Source of the DNA: a bacterium
GTDB lineage: Bacteria; Patescibacteriota; Minisyncoccia; JAUYLV01
Length of the DNA stretch: 58,651 bases
Direction: 5' to 3'
NCBI GenBank assembly: GCA_030649025.1
Contig: JAUSGO010000002.1
Span: forward strand, 1-58,651
Shown here: positions 1-8,323 of the stretch, in pieces
Numbering within the stretch: position 1 is the first letter of the stretch
How the letters are laid out: every line of letters starts with the position of its first letter
Translations under genes and position numbers: made by a program
The notes under the pieces: model-generated
Told to the model about the DNA's origin: nothing
What the model saw: only the letters and a program-made list of their open reading frames with translations
Databases searched by the model: none

Positions 1-387
1 GAGGGAGACTGCTGGGCGCGTACAAAAGTGCGCATTGAAGAAATGCGCCAGAGCGCAAGTATCATCCGTCAGCTGCTCGCAAAACTTCCCGAAGGAGATA
101 TCGTTGCGGGTCCTTTTCTTGAAGATAGGACGGGAAACCAAATGCTAAAGGCCTACACCCTGCGCCTTCCGGCAGGGGAGTGCTTTGCGCGGCAAGAGTT
201 ACCGCGAGGCGAAGGAGCTATTTATATGATATCCGATGGGGGCATGAAGCCGTATCGCTTTCGCATGCGAAGCCCCGCGTTCTGCAACCTCTCTCTTATT
301 ACACATCTTATTAAGAACGTGAAAATAGCCGATATGATAGCGATTCTTGGAAGTATAGACCTCGTATACGGAGAGATAGACCGCTAA
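1..387 (+). CDS. nuoD: NADH-quinone oxidoreductase subunit D, C-terminal fragment (5' end outside window)
   Basis: Frame 1 is open from nt 1. It carries VRIEEMRQS and the C-terminal LGSIDLVYGEIDR typical of NuoD/Nqo4, and nuoH follows directly. Confidence 0.85.
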   Translation, partial: EGDCWARTKVRIEEMRQSASIIRQLLAKLPEGDIVAGPFLEDRTGNQMLKAYTLRLPAGECFARQELPRGEGAIYMISDGGMKPYRFRMRSPAFCNLSLITHLIKNVKIADMIAILGSIDLVYGEIDR

Positions 388-414
388 TGAGAAATATCCA
401 ATATCTAATTTCTA

Positions 415-1353
415 ATGTTGCAACAAATTTTTATCATCGCCCTCTATGCCACTGCAATTTCCGCGTTCATCGGAGGATTTGCCGCATTTGGGGGCCTTGC
501 AGAACGCAAAATCATCGGACGCATCCATTCGCGTTATGGACCGACCATGACCGGACCCTATGGCCTTTTGCAGACCGTGGCAGATGCGCTCAAGTTCATT
601 GCCAAGAAACCCCTTATCCCGCGGCTTGCGGATAGAGCGTTATTCATTGTCATCCCTATTCTCATGGTCGCCCTGCCCTTCACCATTTTTGTCGTACTGC
701 CCTGGGGCAATACGCCCGTGTGGTCTTTCAAATACGATCTGCTTTTTATCATCTCGCTTCTTGCCATAAACCCCATCCTCATTTTGCTGGGTGCATGGGC
801 AGGAAATAGCAAATATGCAACGCTCGGGGGACTGCGCGCCGTTTCCCAGATCCTTGCTTATGAAGGCGTACTCTTTGTATCACTTTTGCCTCTCGTGTAT
901 GTTTCCGGTTCTTTTTCTATCGTCGATATCGTAAAATATCAGCAGGCGCATACCTGGTTGCTCGTTCTCCAGCCCATCTCGTTCTTTCTTTTTCTTGTAG
1001 CACTCGTTGCCATATCCGAGCGCCAGCCCTTTGACCTTCCCGAAGCGGAATCCGAGCTTGTGCAGGGATGGATGACCGAATATGGTGGCGTATTTTTTGC
1101 GATGATACTGCTGGCGCAATATGTTACCTTGTGGGTAGGAGCGGTATCACTTGCGGCATTATTCTTTGGCGGCTGGGGAGACATGTTCGGAGTTCCAGGG
1201 TTTATCATAAAAATCATTCTCGGAGTCCTTATATTCATCTACTTCCGCGCAACGTATTTCCGTCTGCGCATCGATCAACTGCTCGCCTTTACCTGGAAAT
1301 GGCTTATTCCGATTGGGATTTTAAATTTATTACTAGTCGTGTTTATTTTTTGA
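415..1353 (+). CDS. nuoH: NADH-quinone oxidoreductase subunit H
   Basis: 312 aa, polytopic. Contains the conserved RKIIGRIHSRYGP...YGLLQTVADALKF motif region of NuoH/ND1. Confidence 0.95.
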   Translation: MLQQIFIIALYATAISAFIGGFAAFGGLAERKIIGRIHSRYGPTMTGPYGLLQTVADALKFIAKKPLIPRLADRALFIVIPILMVALPFTIFVVLPWGNTPVWSFKYDLLFIISLLAINPILILLGAWAGNSKYATLGGLRAVSQILAYEGVLFVSLLPLVYVSGSFSIVDIVKYQQAHTWLLVLQPISFFLFLVALVAISERQPFDLPEAESELVQGWMTEYGGVFFAMILLAQYVTLWVGAVSLAALFFGGWGDMFGVPGFIIKIILGVLIFIYFRATYFRLRIDQLLAFTWKWLIPIGILNLLLVVFIF

Positions 1354-1354
1354 T

Positions 1355-1657
1355 ATGAACCTTATTTCAAAAATTAATTTTTGGTATGCTGTGGGGGTAA
1401 TTGTCATGACGTTACTTTTAGCATCCCCTGGTTGTTTATTAGTCACTAAATTAACAACTACAGCCTTTTATCTTTCCGTGGTTAATTTTATATCTGCTAT
1501 TGTGATATTTTTTAAAATTCTATCCCAGCGCAAACAGGCTACAAGGGAATTTAAAAGTATTTTAGTCAGTACTTTTTTATCCTTCGCTGCCATGATTATA
1601 GTTTTCGCATGGTATGTAGTTGGTTGTGTTTCATCAGCAGGCACTTTAGTAAGTTAA
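1355..1657 (+). CDS. small 3-TM membrane protein, unknown function, wedged between nuoH and nuoI
   Basis: 100-aa ORF with an ATG 1 nt after the nuoH stop and a stop 1 nt before the nuoI ATG. Three hydrophobic segments. 33% G+C by hand count (101/303) versus about 50% in the flanks. Confidence 0.6.
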   Translation: MNLISKINFWYAVGVIVMTLLLASPGCLLVTKLTTTAFYLSVVNFISAIVIFFKILSQRKQATREFKSILVSTFLSFAAMIIVFAWYVVGCVSSAGTLVS

Positions 1658-1658
1658 T

Positions 1659-2135
1659 ATGTCCTACCTCAAAATCCCCATTCTTTTCATAAAATCCTTC
1701 GCGCTTGCGGTGCAAAGTTCCTTTCGTAAACCCTGGACCATTCAGTATCCTAAGGATCGGCCGAAAATCCCTCATGGATACCGGGGGAGGGAAGTGGTGA
1801 ACCACGAGACGTGCATTTCCTGCGCCAGATGCATGATGGTCTGTCCCGTGGAAGCCATAGACATGTATCACCCGGAGTCAAAAACCATCGCGAATACTCC
1901 CGATGAGATAGCAAAGCTCCCCCCTGGAGCTGTCGGCAAGCGACGTCCGGGAGTGGATCTGTCGCGCTGTATCTTCTGCGGCTATTGCGAGGAGATATGC
2001 CCCACAACCCCAAAATCTATTTCGCTCAAGGAGATATATGAACTTGCCGAAACCGAATACAGCAAAATGAAGCACCCCTCCACCGACCTTGACCCGCATT
2101 GGGTTGAAGGTAATTCAGAAGTGACACTCCCGTAA
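1659..2135 (+). CDS. nuoI: NADH-quinone oxidoreductase subunit I (2x[4Fe-4S])
   Basis: Two ferredoxin-type cysteine motifs, CISCARCMMVCP and CIFCGYCEEICP, in the correct operon position. Confidence 0.95.
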   Translation: MSYLKIPILFIKSFALAVQSSFRKPWTIQYPKDRPKIPHGYRGREVVNHETCISCARCMMVCPVEAIDMYHPESKTIANTPDEIAKLPPGAVGKRRPGVDLSRCIFCGYCEEICPTTPKSISLKEIYELAETEYSKMKHPSTDLDPHWVEGNSEVTLP

Positions 2136-2225
2136 TACCCCGATGCCAATATACGAATGAATGCGGATGTTACGAATAAAATTTCATTCGTTGCATTCGA
2201 ATGCATTTGTTGATTAGCATCACAT
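2136..2225 (+). repeat. degenerate copy of the CGAAT/ATTCG palindromic element (nuoI-nuoJ spacer)
   Basis: Contains acgaat twice followed by attcg twice. It starts ...caatatacgaat and ends gattagca, like the copy at 28563-28686. Confidence 0.5.
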
Positions 2226-2717
2226 ATGGAAACTTTCACTTTCTATATCTTCTCCCTATTCGCCGTTGCTTCACTTTGGATGCTACTTCGCGCGCGGCAG
2301 ATCGTGCATGCCATCGCATGGTTTGCGGTGTTTCTTATTATTACCGCAATTTTCTTTGGGCTTTTACGCGCACCGTTTTTGGCGCTGGGACAACTCATTA
2401 TCTTCACCGGTGGTATGATCGCGATACTGCTTATCGGAATATCGTTTTCGGGGATGGATTCGCAAATCGGCGAATTACGAATTACGAATTACGAATTACG
2501 AAAAAATCATGGGTGGTACAAGATATTAAGCCTGTTTTTTCTTCTAACGCTGTTTATTTCCTTAAAGCTCTTTTTTGCAAAAAACGCTTTGGAATTACCG
2601 GCAAGCGGTCTTGCTTTTCAGCTTTTCGGAACCTACTGGCCGCTTATCGCCGTTATCTTATTGATGTTTCTTTCCGCGCTGCTCTCGGCGGTATACTTCC
2701 TTAAGAAAGAGGACTAA
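2226..2717 (+). CDS. nuoJ: NADH-quinone oxidoreductase subunit J
   Basis: 163 aa with a NuoJ-like N-terminal TM1-3 pattern (..LALGQLIIFTGGMIAILLI..) in the correct operon position. It contains an in-frame heptamer array. Confidence 0.85.
   Translation: METFTFYIFSLFAVASLWMLLRARQIVHAIAWFAVFLIITAIFFGLLRAPFLALGQLIIFTGGMIAILLIGISFSGMDSQIGELRITNYELRKNHGWYKILSLFFLLTLFISLKLFFAKNALELPASGLAFQLFGTYWPLIAVILLMFLSALLSAVYFLKKED
2471..2500 (+). repeat. tandem heptanucleotide array (cgaatta) x4.3 inside nuoJ
   Basis: Direct reading gives cgaatta cgaatta cgaatta cgaatta cg, encoding ..ELRITNYELRK.. Confidence 0.95.
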
Positions 2718-2726
2718 AGAATCATT

Positions 2727-3032
2727 ATGAATTTGATGTCTTACATACTCCTATCGCTAACGCTCTTTGCGTTCGGAGCATACGGAGTTTTGGTTTCCAA
2801 ACACCTTCTTAAAATATTTATTTTTTTGGAAGTGATGACCGCCGCGGCAAATCTGCTTATTGCGGCGTTTGCTGCCTACAATCGTATTAATGCCGTGTTG
2901 GGGCAAGCGCTGATTGTCATAGTGTGGACGGTATCTGTCGCAAACGCGGTGGTATTCGTAGCGCTTGCCATTTACCTCTGGAAAAAATACGGGACGGTCA
3001 ATGTTGACGACCTGCGGGAGTTAAAAAACTAG
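2727..3032 (+). CDS. nuoK: NADH-quinone oxidoreductase subunit K
   Basis: 101 aa, 3 TM, with the FLEVMTAAANLLI motif region typical of NuoK/ND4L. Confidence 0.9.
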   Translation: MNLMSYILLSLTLFAFGAYGVLVSKHLLKIFIFLEVMTAAANLLIAAFAAYNRINAVLGQALIVIVWTVSVANAVVFVALAIYLWKKYGTVNVDDLRELKN

Positions 3033-3040
3033 TTTTAAAT

Positions 3041-3364
3041 ATGAACGATTTAAAGCAAAATAAAAATATACTATTCGGCTTACTTTTGTTACTCGGAAGC
3101 TGTGTCGTATTTGTATACGAGAAATACTTTTATGTAACGCCGGTCTGCTCCGGATACTCATTCTTTCAAGGGTTTAGCCTAATTTTAATAATCTTGCTGT
3201 CGGGCGCTTTAATGAATGGCGTGTGGGCATTCATTGAGATGCTACGTTTTCGTAAAGAGCCAACTCCCAAAATAGCTTTTGGAATTGTTGTAATAGCCGG
3301 AACTTTTCTACTGTTTTCTTTTGGAAATTTGGGGTGTTATTTCGGCGGACCCATAGTATCCTAA
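3041..3364 (+). CDS. small 3-TM membrane protein, unknown function, wedged between nuoK and nuoL
   Basis: 107-aa ORF, 38% G+C by hand count (124/324). Same architecture as the 1355-1657 product: TM, TM, basic loop, TM, ending ..VS. Confidence 0.55.
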   Translation: MNDLKQNKNILFGLLLLLGSCVVFVYEKYFYVTPVCSGYSFFQGFSLILIILLSGALMNGVWAFIEMLRFRKEPTPKIAFGIVVIAGTFLLFSFGNLGCYFGGPIVS

Positions 3365-3376
3365 AGTCTTAAATCC

Positions 3377-5344
3377 TTGATTTTCATTTTTCTCACCATC
3401 TTTTCATACTTCGCGGCGTTTCTTGTGATCTTTGCCCTCGGTAGGCGCAAAAACGCATACGCGGACAAGATCGCCCTTGCCGCTTCGGCAATAAGCCTTG
3501 CGGCGTTCTTCGTTATGCTGTTTGTGCCCTCGCTACAAGGTGAATTTATATTTGCGTCATACCGTATTTCTGCCATAGAATTCGACTTCGGGTTTTTAAC
3601 AGACAAGCTTGCACTTCTCATGGGCGGCATCGTATCGTTCGTGACCACGCTTGTGCTTCTCTATTCGCGCGACTACATGCGCCAGGACCCCGAGAAGGGA
3701 AGATTTTTTGCGCTTCTTTGCTTTTTTGCCGGCTCCATGCTGGGCATCGTCTATTCCGTGTCATTCGTACAGCTTTTCATTTTTTGGGAGCTTGTGGGAC
3801 TTTCCAGTTATTTCCTCATCGGATTCTGGTGGAAGGACCCCGCGGTCTCGTCATCGGCCCGGAAAGTATTTACCACCATCGTCGTAGGCGATGTGCTGTT
3901 ACTGCTTGGTTTTTTGATACTCGGTAGTGCGTTTGGCACTTTCACCTTCAGTGAGATACTTCAGGAGCACCTTCATGTAGCGTTACCAGCGACTGGTGTC
4001 TTTTTGGTATTGCTGGGCGCATTTACCAAGTCTGCCCAACTTCCCTTCACCATGTGGCTTCCGTGGGCTATGGAAGGGCCAACGCCCGTAAGTGCGCTTT
4101 TGCATTCCGCCACGATGGTAAAGGCCGGAGTATTTCTGATCGCGCGTATCTTGCCGCTTGTTTTTGCGGCGCATTTAACCGGGTTTGTTGTCGTGTTTGC
4201 GTTGCTTACCGTTTTTGTCGCATCTTTGGCGGCGCTTGTCGAAGAAGATATCAAGCGAATCCTTGCGTATTCCACCATAAGCCAGCTTGGTTTCATTGCG
4301 CTCGGTCTTGGTCTTGGTGCATACGGAGCCTCTCTCTTTCACTTGTTCAACGACGCATTCTACAAGGCCCTTCTCTTCTTGGGAGCGGGAGTTATTATCC
4401 ACGCAGGCGGATCGCGGAACATTTTTGAATTAAAACAGCTACATTGGGCTCGGGAAAAGACATTTTTACTGCTTACCATTATTGGCGTACTGGGACTTTC
4501 CGGTCTCCCGCCGTTCAATGGATTTTTCTCAAAGGACCTCATTATTGATGCCGCAAAAGAATCCGGCAACTTGGGTCTTTTTGTCCTCACGCTTGTTGCC
4601 GCGTTCCTTTCGGCTCTTTATATCTCGCGCTGGATATTTCTGATTCTGCGGAATGTTTCAAAAAAAGAGGAAGGAGTGGGGCCGGAGCGCGGAAATTTTT
4701 CATGGAGTACAAAAATTCCCATGGGAATGTTGGCTTTAGGAGTTTTAATGACCGGGTGGTTCTCCAAGCAATTTTTCTCATGGGTAGGTGGCGGTGAACC
4801 GTCCTACCATTTGCCACTGAGCCTGCTGTCGATACTGCTTGTTTCCGCGGCATTTTGTATTTCCTATCTGGCGTACTTCGAGAAAGTGATTTCTCCCGAC
4901 AGACTGGCTCTATTATGTTCCGGGGTATATCGGCTGTTTCGCGCGAAATTCGGATTACCTTGGTTTTACGGAATTCTCGGAAGATTTTTTTATGCGCTTG
5001 GACAGGCGCTGGGAGAATTTGATAGATATGTCATTGATAGCGCACTGCATGGCGTGGCATTCGTAGGAAGGGGCGTCTCAGCCTTTTGTTTCATGCTTGA
5101 CAGAAAGCTTTTGAACGGCGCATTGGAGCTTACGGTGCGAGCGGTGACAAAACTCTGTTTTGGTTCATATGCGTTCGATATGTCGTATGTAGATAGGATC
5201 GTGAGAAGTTTTTACGATATTCTCGCCGCATCCTCCGGATTTTCCAGAAGGATTATCTCCGGATCCATAGCAAGCTATGTTGCCGCGCTGCTCATTGCCG
5301 TTATTTTTTCGGTTCTTTTTCTGAACGGAGTCCTTGCAAAATAA
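3377..5344 (+). CDS. nuoL: NADH-quinone oxidoreductase subunit L
   Basis: 655 aa antiporter-like subunit (WLPWAMEGPTPVSALLHSATMVKAGVFL) with a long C-terminal extension. TTG start. Confidence 0.95.
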   Translation: MIFIFLTIFSYFAAFLVIFALGRRKNAYADKIALAASAISLAAFFVMLFVPSLQGEFIFASYRISAIEFDFGFLTDKLALLMGGIVSFVTTLVLLYSRDYMRQDPEKGRFFALLCFFAGSMLGIVYSVSFVQLFIFWELVGLSSYFLIGFWWKDPAVSSSARKVFTTIVVGDVLLLLGFLILGSAFGTFTFSEILQEHLHVALPATGVFLVLLGAFTKSAQLPFTMWLPWAMEGPTPVSALLHSATMVKAGVFLIARILPLVFAAHLTGFVVVFALLTVFVASLAALVEEDIKRILAYSTISQLGFIALGLGLGAYGASLFHLFNDAFYKALLFLGAGVIIHAGGSRNIFELKQLHWAREKTFLLLTIIGVLGLSGLPPFNGFFSKDLIIDAAKESGNLGLFVLTLVAAFLSALYISRWIFLILRNVSKKEEGVGPERGNFSWSTKIPMGMLALGVLMTGWFSKQFFSWVGGGEPSYHLPLSLLSILLVSAAFCISYLAYFEKVISPDRLALLCSGVYRLFRAKFGLPWFYGILGRFFYALGQALGEFDRYVIDSALHGVAFVGRGVSAFCFMLDRKLLNGALELTVRAVTKLCFGSYAFDMSYVDRIVRSFYDILAASSGFSRRIISGSIASYVAALLIAVIFSVLFLNGVLAK

Positions 5345-5394
5345 TCCCAACGCCAGACATTATTTTTATTTTATTATTATAATCAATCCTTGTT

Positions 5395-6834
5395 ATGCTC
5401 CCACTCCTTATAGCAGTACCATTTCTTGGCGCCGGCATCATATTCGTAGCGCCCCGCGCATCGGCAAAGCGCATTGCGACGGCCTTCGCATCGCTCATGT
5501 TTGCGGGCGGCCTTTTGACTTTGCCGCTTTTCCATCTTGGCCAAAAAGGCTTTCAGTTTTTAAGCGCGTGGGACTGGATTCCTTCGATCGGCATTTCATT
5601 TAAAGTCGGCGTGGATGGCTTAAGCTACCCCCTGGTGCTCCTTACTCTATTTCTTGGATTCATCGTAACCCTTTTGCCATTTCCTCATGTCCCGGAAGGC
5701 GTCGAGCGCAAAGAGCGGGCATACTGGGGAATCTTGCTTCTGCTCATTGGGGTCATCGTCGGGGTTTTCGTCTCGCTTGATCTTTTTGTCTTTTATATCT
5801 TTTGGGAGCTTGTGCTGGTATTCATGTTTTTCCTCATCATGCTTTGGGGAGGGGAGAATCGCCGGTATGCCGGTATGAAGTTTTTCATCTACACGCAGGC
5901 GGCATCCCTCATCATGCTTGTGGGGATCATCGCGCTTTATTTGTATGCGGGCATGCATACGTTCGATCTTACACAACTTGCGAATGCATCGCTTCCATTC
6001 CGTCTGCAATACATGATCATGTGGGCATTTCTCATCTCATTCTTTGTTAAAATACCGGCGGTGCCATTCCATACGTGGCTTCCCGATGCGCACGTTGAAG
6101 CACCCACGGCAGGCTCGGTTTTGCTCGCCGGCGTGCTTTTAAAAATGGGGGCATACGGCATTCTTCGAATTCCTGGCACGATAACCCCCGATGCCCTGCA
6201 CTCTATTGCCTGGGGACTCGGGATATTCGCCTTCATCTCTATCGTATATGGAGCGCTGGTTTCGCTTGCGCAAGATAACATAAAGCGGCTCATTGCTTAT
6301 TCAAGCGTCAATCACATGGGATATGCGCTTTTGGGCATCGCCGCCTTCACTCCGCTTGCCTATCAAGGCGCGGTGTATGTGATGGTGAGCCACGGAGTGC
6401 TTGCAGGACTTCTCTTTGCCCTTGCCGGAGCCATTCATGACAAGACAGGCACCTTCTCTATTGCGCGCCTCAAGGGTCTTATGGAAAAAATGCCGCGACT
6501 CTCATGGATATTCGTCATAGCGGCGCTTGGTTCCATGGGAGTGCCCGCGATGTCCGGTTTTGTCTCGGAATTCATGGTCTTTGCCGGCTCCTACTCCGTG
6601 TACGGAGGATTATTGCTGATACCTCTTTTGGGCGGCGTTGTGATAACCGCGGGATATTTTTTGTGGACACTTGAACGCGTATTTTTTGGCGCGTCAACGC
6701 CGGAGTGGGGGAGTCTTGTCGATATAACCCGACGCATGGCCGTACCATTTGTCGTGCTCGCTGCCGTATCGTTGTTTCTCGGTCTTTATCCGACATGGCT
6801 GCTTTCCATAGTTCAAGCTTCTAGATTTTTCTAA
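5395..6834 (+). CDS. nuoM: NADH-quinone oxidoreductase subunit M
   Basis: 479 aa antiporter-like subunit (FHTWLPDAHVEAPTAGSVLLAGVLLKMG). Confidence 0.95.
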   Translation: MLPLLIAVPFLGAGIIFVAPRASAKRIATAFASLMFAGGLLTLPLFHLGQKGFQFLSAWDWIPSIGISFKVGVDGLSYPLVLLTLFLGFIVTLLPFPHVPEGVERKERAYWGILLLLIGVIVGVFVSLDLFVFYIFWELVLVFMFFLIMLWGGENRRYAGMKFFIYTQAASLIMLVGIIALYLYAGMHTFDLTQLANASLPFRLQYMIMWAFLISFFVKIPAVPFHTWLPDAHVEAPTAGSVLLAGVLLKMGAYGILRIPGTITPDALHSIAWGLGIFAFISIVYGALVSLAQDNIKRLIAYSSVNHMGYALLGIAAFTPLAYQGAVYVMVSHGVLAGLLFALAGAIHDKTGTFSIARLKGLMEKMPRLSWIFVIAALGSMGVPAMSGFVSEFMVFAGSYSVYGGLLLIPLLGGVVITAGYFLWTLERVFFGASTPEWGSLVDITRRMAVPFVVLAAVSLFLGLYPTWLLSIVQASRFF

Positions 6835-6837
6835 ACC

Positions 6838-8256
6838 GTGATTACCTTTCTTCCCATTCCCATAGGCGCAGTCCTTATTCTTCTCTTGCATCTTTTGCGC
6901 ATGCCGAAGCGCTGGTTTTTAGGCGTTTTTTACGGGGCGCTTACTTTTGCATTCGTAACCAATGTCGCGGAGTGGGGAAGTGGAGTGCGCGAAATAGGCC
7001 AGATATTCAGGATAGATGATTTTACAAGGTTTTTTGCCCTACTATTTATTTTTGTTATTTTTCTTGCCGCACTCTCACTGAACTCTCAAGTGCCGACGCA
7101 TCGAAGTACGGCAGAAGACAACGCCATCATCCTGTCGCTTCTGCTCCTTGCTTCTTTCGCCATGACACTTGTCGCTTCCTCAACGAGCGTCATTTCGCTT
7201 TTCCTCTCTATGGAGTTTCTTGCCATCGCATTCTATGAACTCGTAGCATTAAAAAAAGATATAATCGGCATGGAGGCGGCAATAAAGTTTTTCGTGGTCG
7301 GCGTATTTTCTTCCCTGCTTTTTTTGCTCGGAGCAGGGTTCTATTATGGAGCTCTGGGTACAACGGATTTTTCGGCACTGGCCGGGGCATCCTATACGCC
7401 ATTTCTTGTCTCCTCTCTCGTACTCATGCTTGCCGGTATCGGGTTCAAAATGAGCCTTTTCCCGCTCAATTTATGGCTCCCTGACGTGTATGAGGGGGCA
7501 CCAAGCCCCATTACTGCCATTCTTGCGGGAGCCGCTAAAAAGGCCGGTTTTGCTGCCTACATGAGGTTTTTAACCCCCTTAATGCTTCCTGCGCTCCGAT
7601 TCAAGTATTTCTCTTTGGAAAGCATGGCATCCACTTCTTGGCACACGCTCATAGCTCTTATTGCCGCCTCCACAATGCTTTTTGGAGCTATCGCGGCGGT
7701 CTTGCAGCAGAATGTGAAACGACTTATTGCCTATTCCATCATTTCCCATGCCGGTTTTATCGCGATAGGACTTGCGGCCGGGACCAGACTTGGATACACG
7801 GCGGCTTTTCTGCACATCTGTATCCATGCATTGATGGCTCTCGGCACATTCTTAATGATCTCAATACTCGAAGAGAAAGGTCTTCGCACGCTCGATGACT
7901 ACAACGGCCTTGCAAAACGGAATTCCTTATTTGCGTTTACGTTCACCCTGTTTCTTGCCTCACTTACCGGTATACCGCCACTTGCGGGGTTTTTTTCCAA
8001 GTTCCTGCTTTGGACAAGCGCGGTGAATGCCGGCATGACATGGCTTGTTGTCGTTGCCGTTACAACCTCATTAATCTCCTCCTATTTCTATTTCATTGTT
8101 CTCCGACGCATATACGGATACGAAGCTTCGGAAAAGGCCCTATCCTTGCAGCTGACTACGCCGCAAATCGTCTCCATCGCGCTCCCCGCAGTGCTCATTG
8201 TACTCTTTGGACTTTTTCCTAACAGGTTACTGAATCTTATTAGTACATTGCTCTAG
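6838..8256 (+). CDS. nuoN: NADH-quinone oxidoreductase subunit N
   Basis: 472 aa antiporter-like subunit (NLWLPDVYEGAPSPITAILAGAAKKAG). GTG start 3 nt after the nuoM stop. Confidence 0.9.
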   Translation: MITFLPIPIGAVLILLLHLLRMPKRWFLGVFYGALTFAFVTNVAEWGSGVREIGQIFRIDDFTRFFALLFIFVIFLAALSLNSQVPTHRSTAEDNAIILSLLLLASFAMTLVASSTSVISLFLSMEFLAIAFYELVALKKDIIGMEAAIKFFVVGVFSSLLFLLGAGFYYGALGTTDFSALAGASYTPFLVSSLVLMLAGIGFKMSLFPLNLWLPDVYEGAPSPITAILAGAAKKAGFAAYMRFLTPLMLPALRFKYFSLESMASTSWHTLIALIAASTMLFGAIAAVLQQNVKRLIAYSIISHAGFIAIGLAAGTRLGYTAAFLHICIHALMALGTFLMISILEEKGLRTLDDYNGLAKRNSLFAFTFTLFLASLTGIPPLAGFFSKFLLWTSAVNAGMTWLVVVAVTTSLISSYFYFIVLRRIYGYEASEKALSLQLTTPQIVSIALPAVLIVLFGLFPNRLLNLISTLL

Positions 8257-8270
8257 GACTGCTTAGAAAC

Positions 8271-8297
8271 AAAAAAACGCTTTGGAGCGTTTTTTTG
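8271..8297. terminator. bidirectional intrinsic terminator shared by the nuo operon and the convergent minus-strand operon
   Basis: aaaaaaACGCTttggAGCGTttttttt: a stem flanked by an A-run and a T-run. Confidence 0.7.
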
Positions 8298-8323
8298 TTT
8301 GCTGTGTTTTATCTTGTGGAACT

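Noticed and set aside
1351-1357. Alternative genetic code (UGA reassignment, as in some candidate phyla)
   Set aside because: TGA ends nuoH 1 nt before the next ATG. It also ends GT4 (ATGA overlap at 57289-57292), murD and the SPFH gene at sensible protein lengths. The standard code 11 fits.
2471-2500. CRISPR-like interpretation of the short tandem arrays and CGAAT box arrays (also 28574-28678 and 54563-54594)
   Set aside because: The units are 7 nt with no 25-40-nt unique spacers. The arrays lie inside CDSs or form palindromes, and there are no cas genes. This is not CRISPR.
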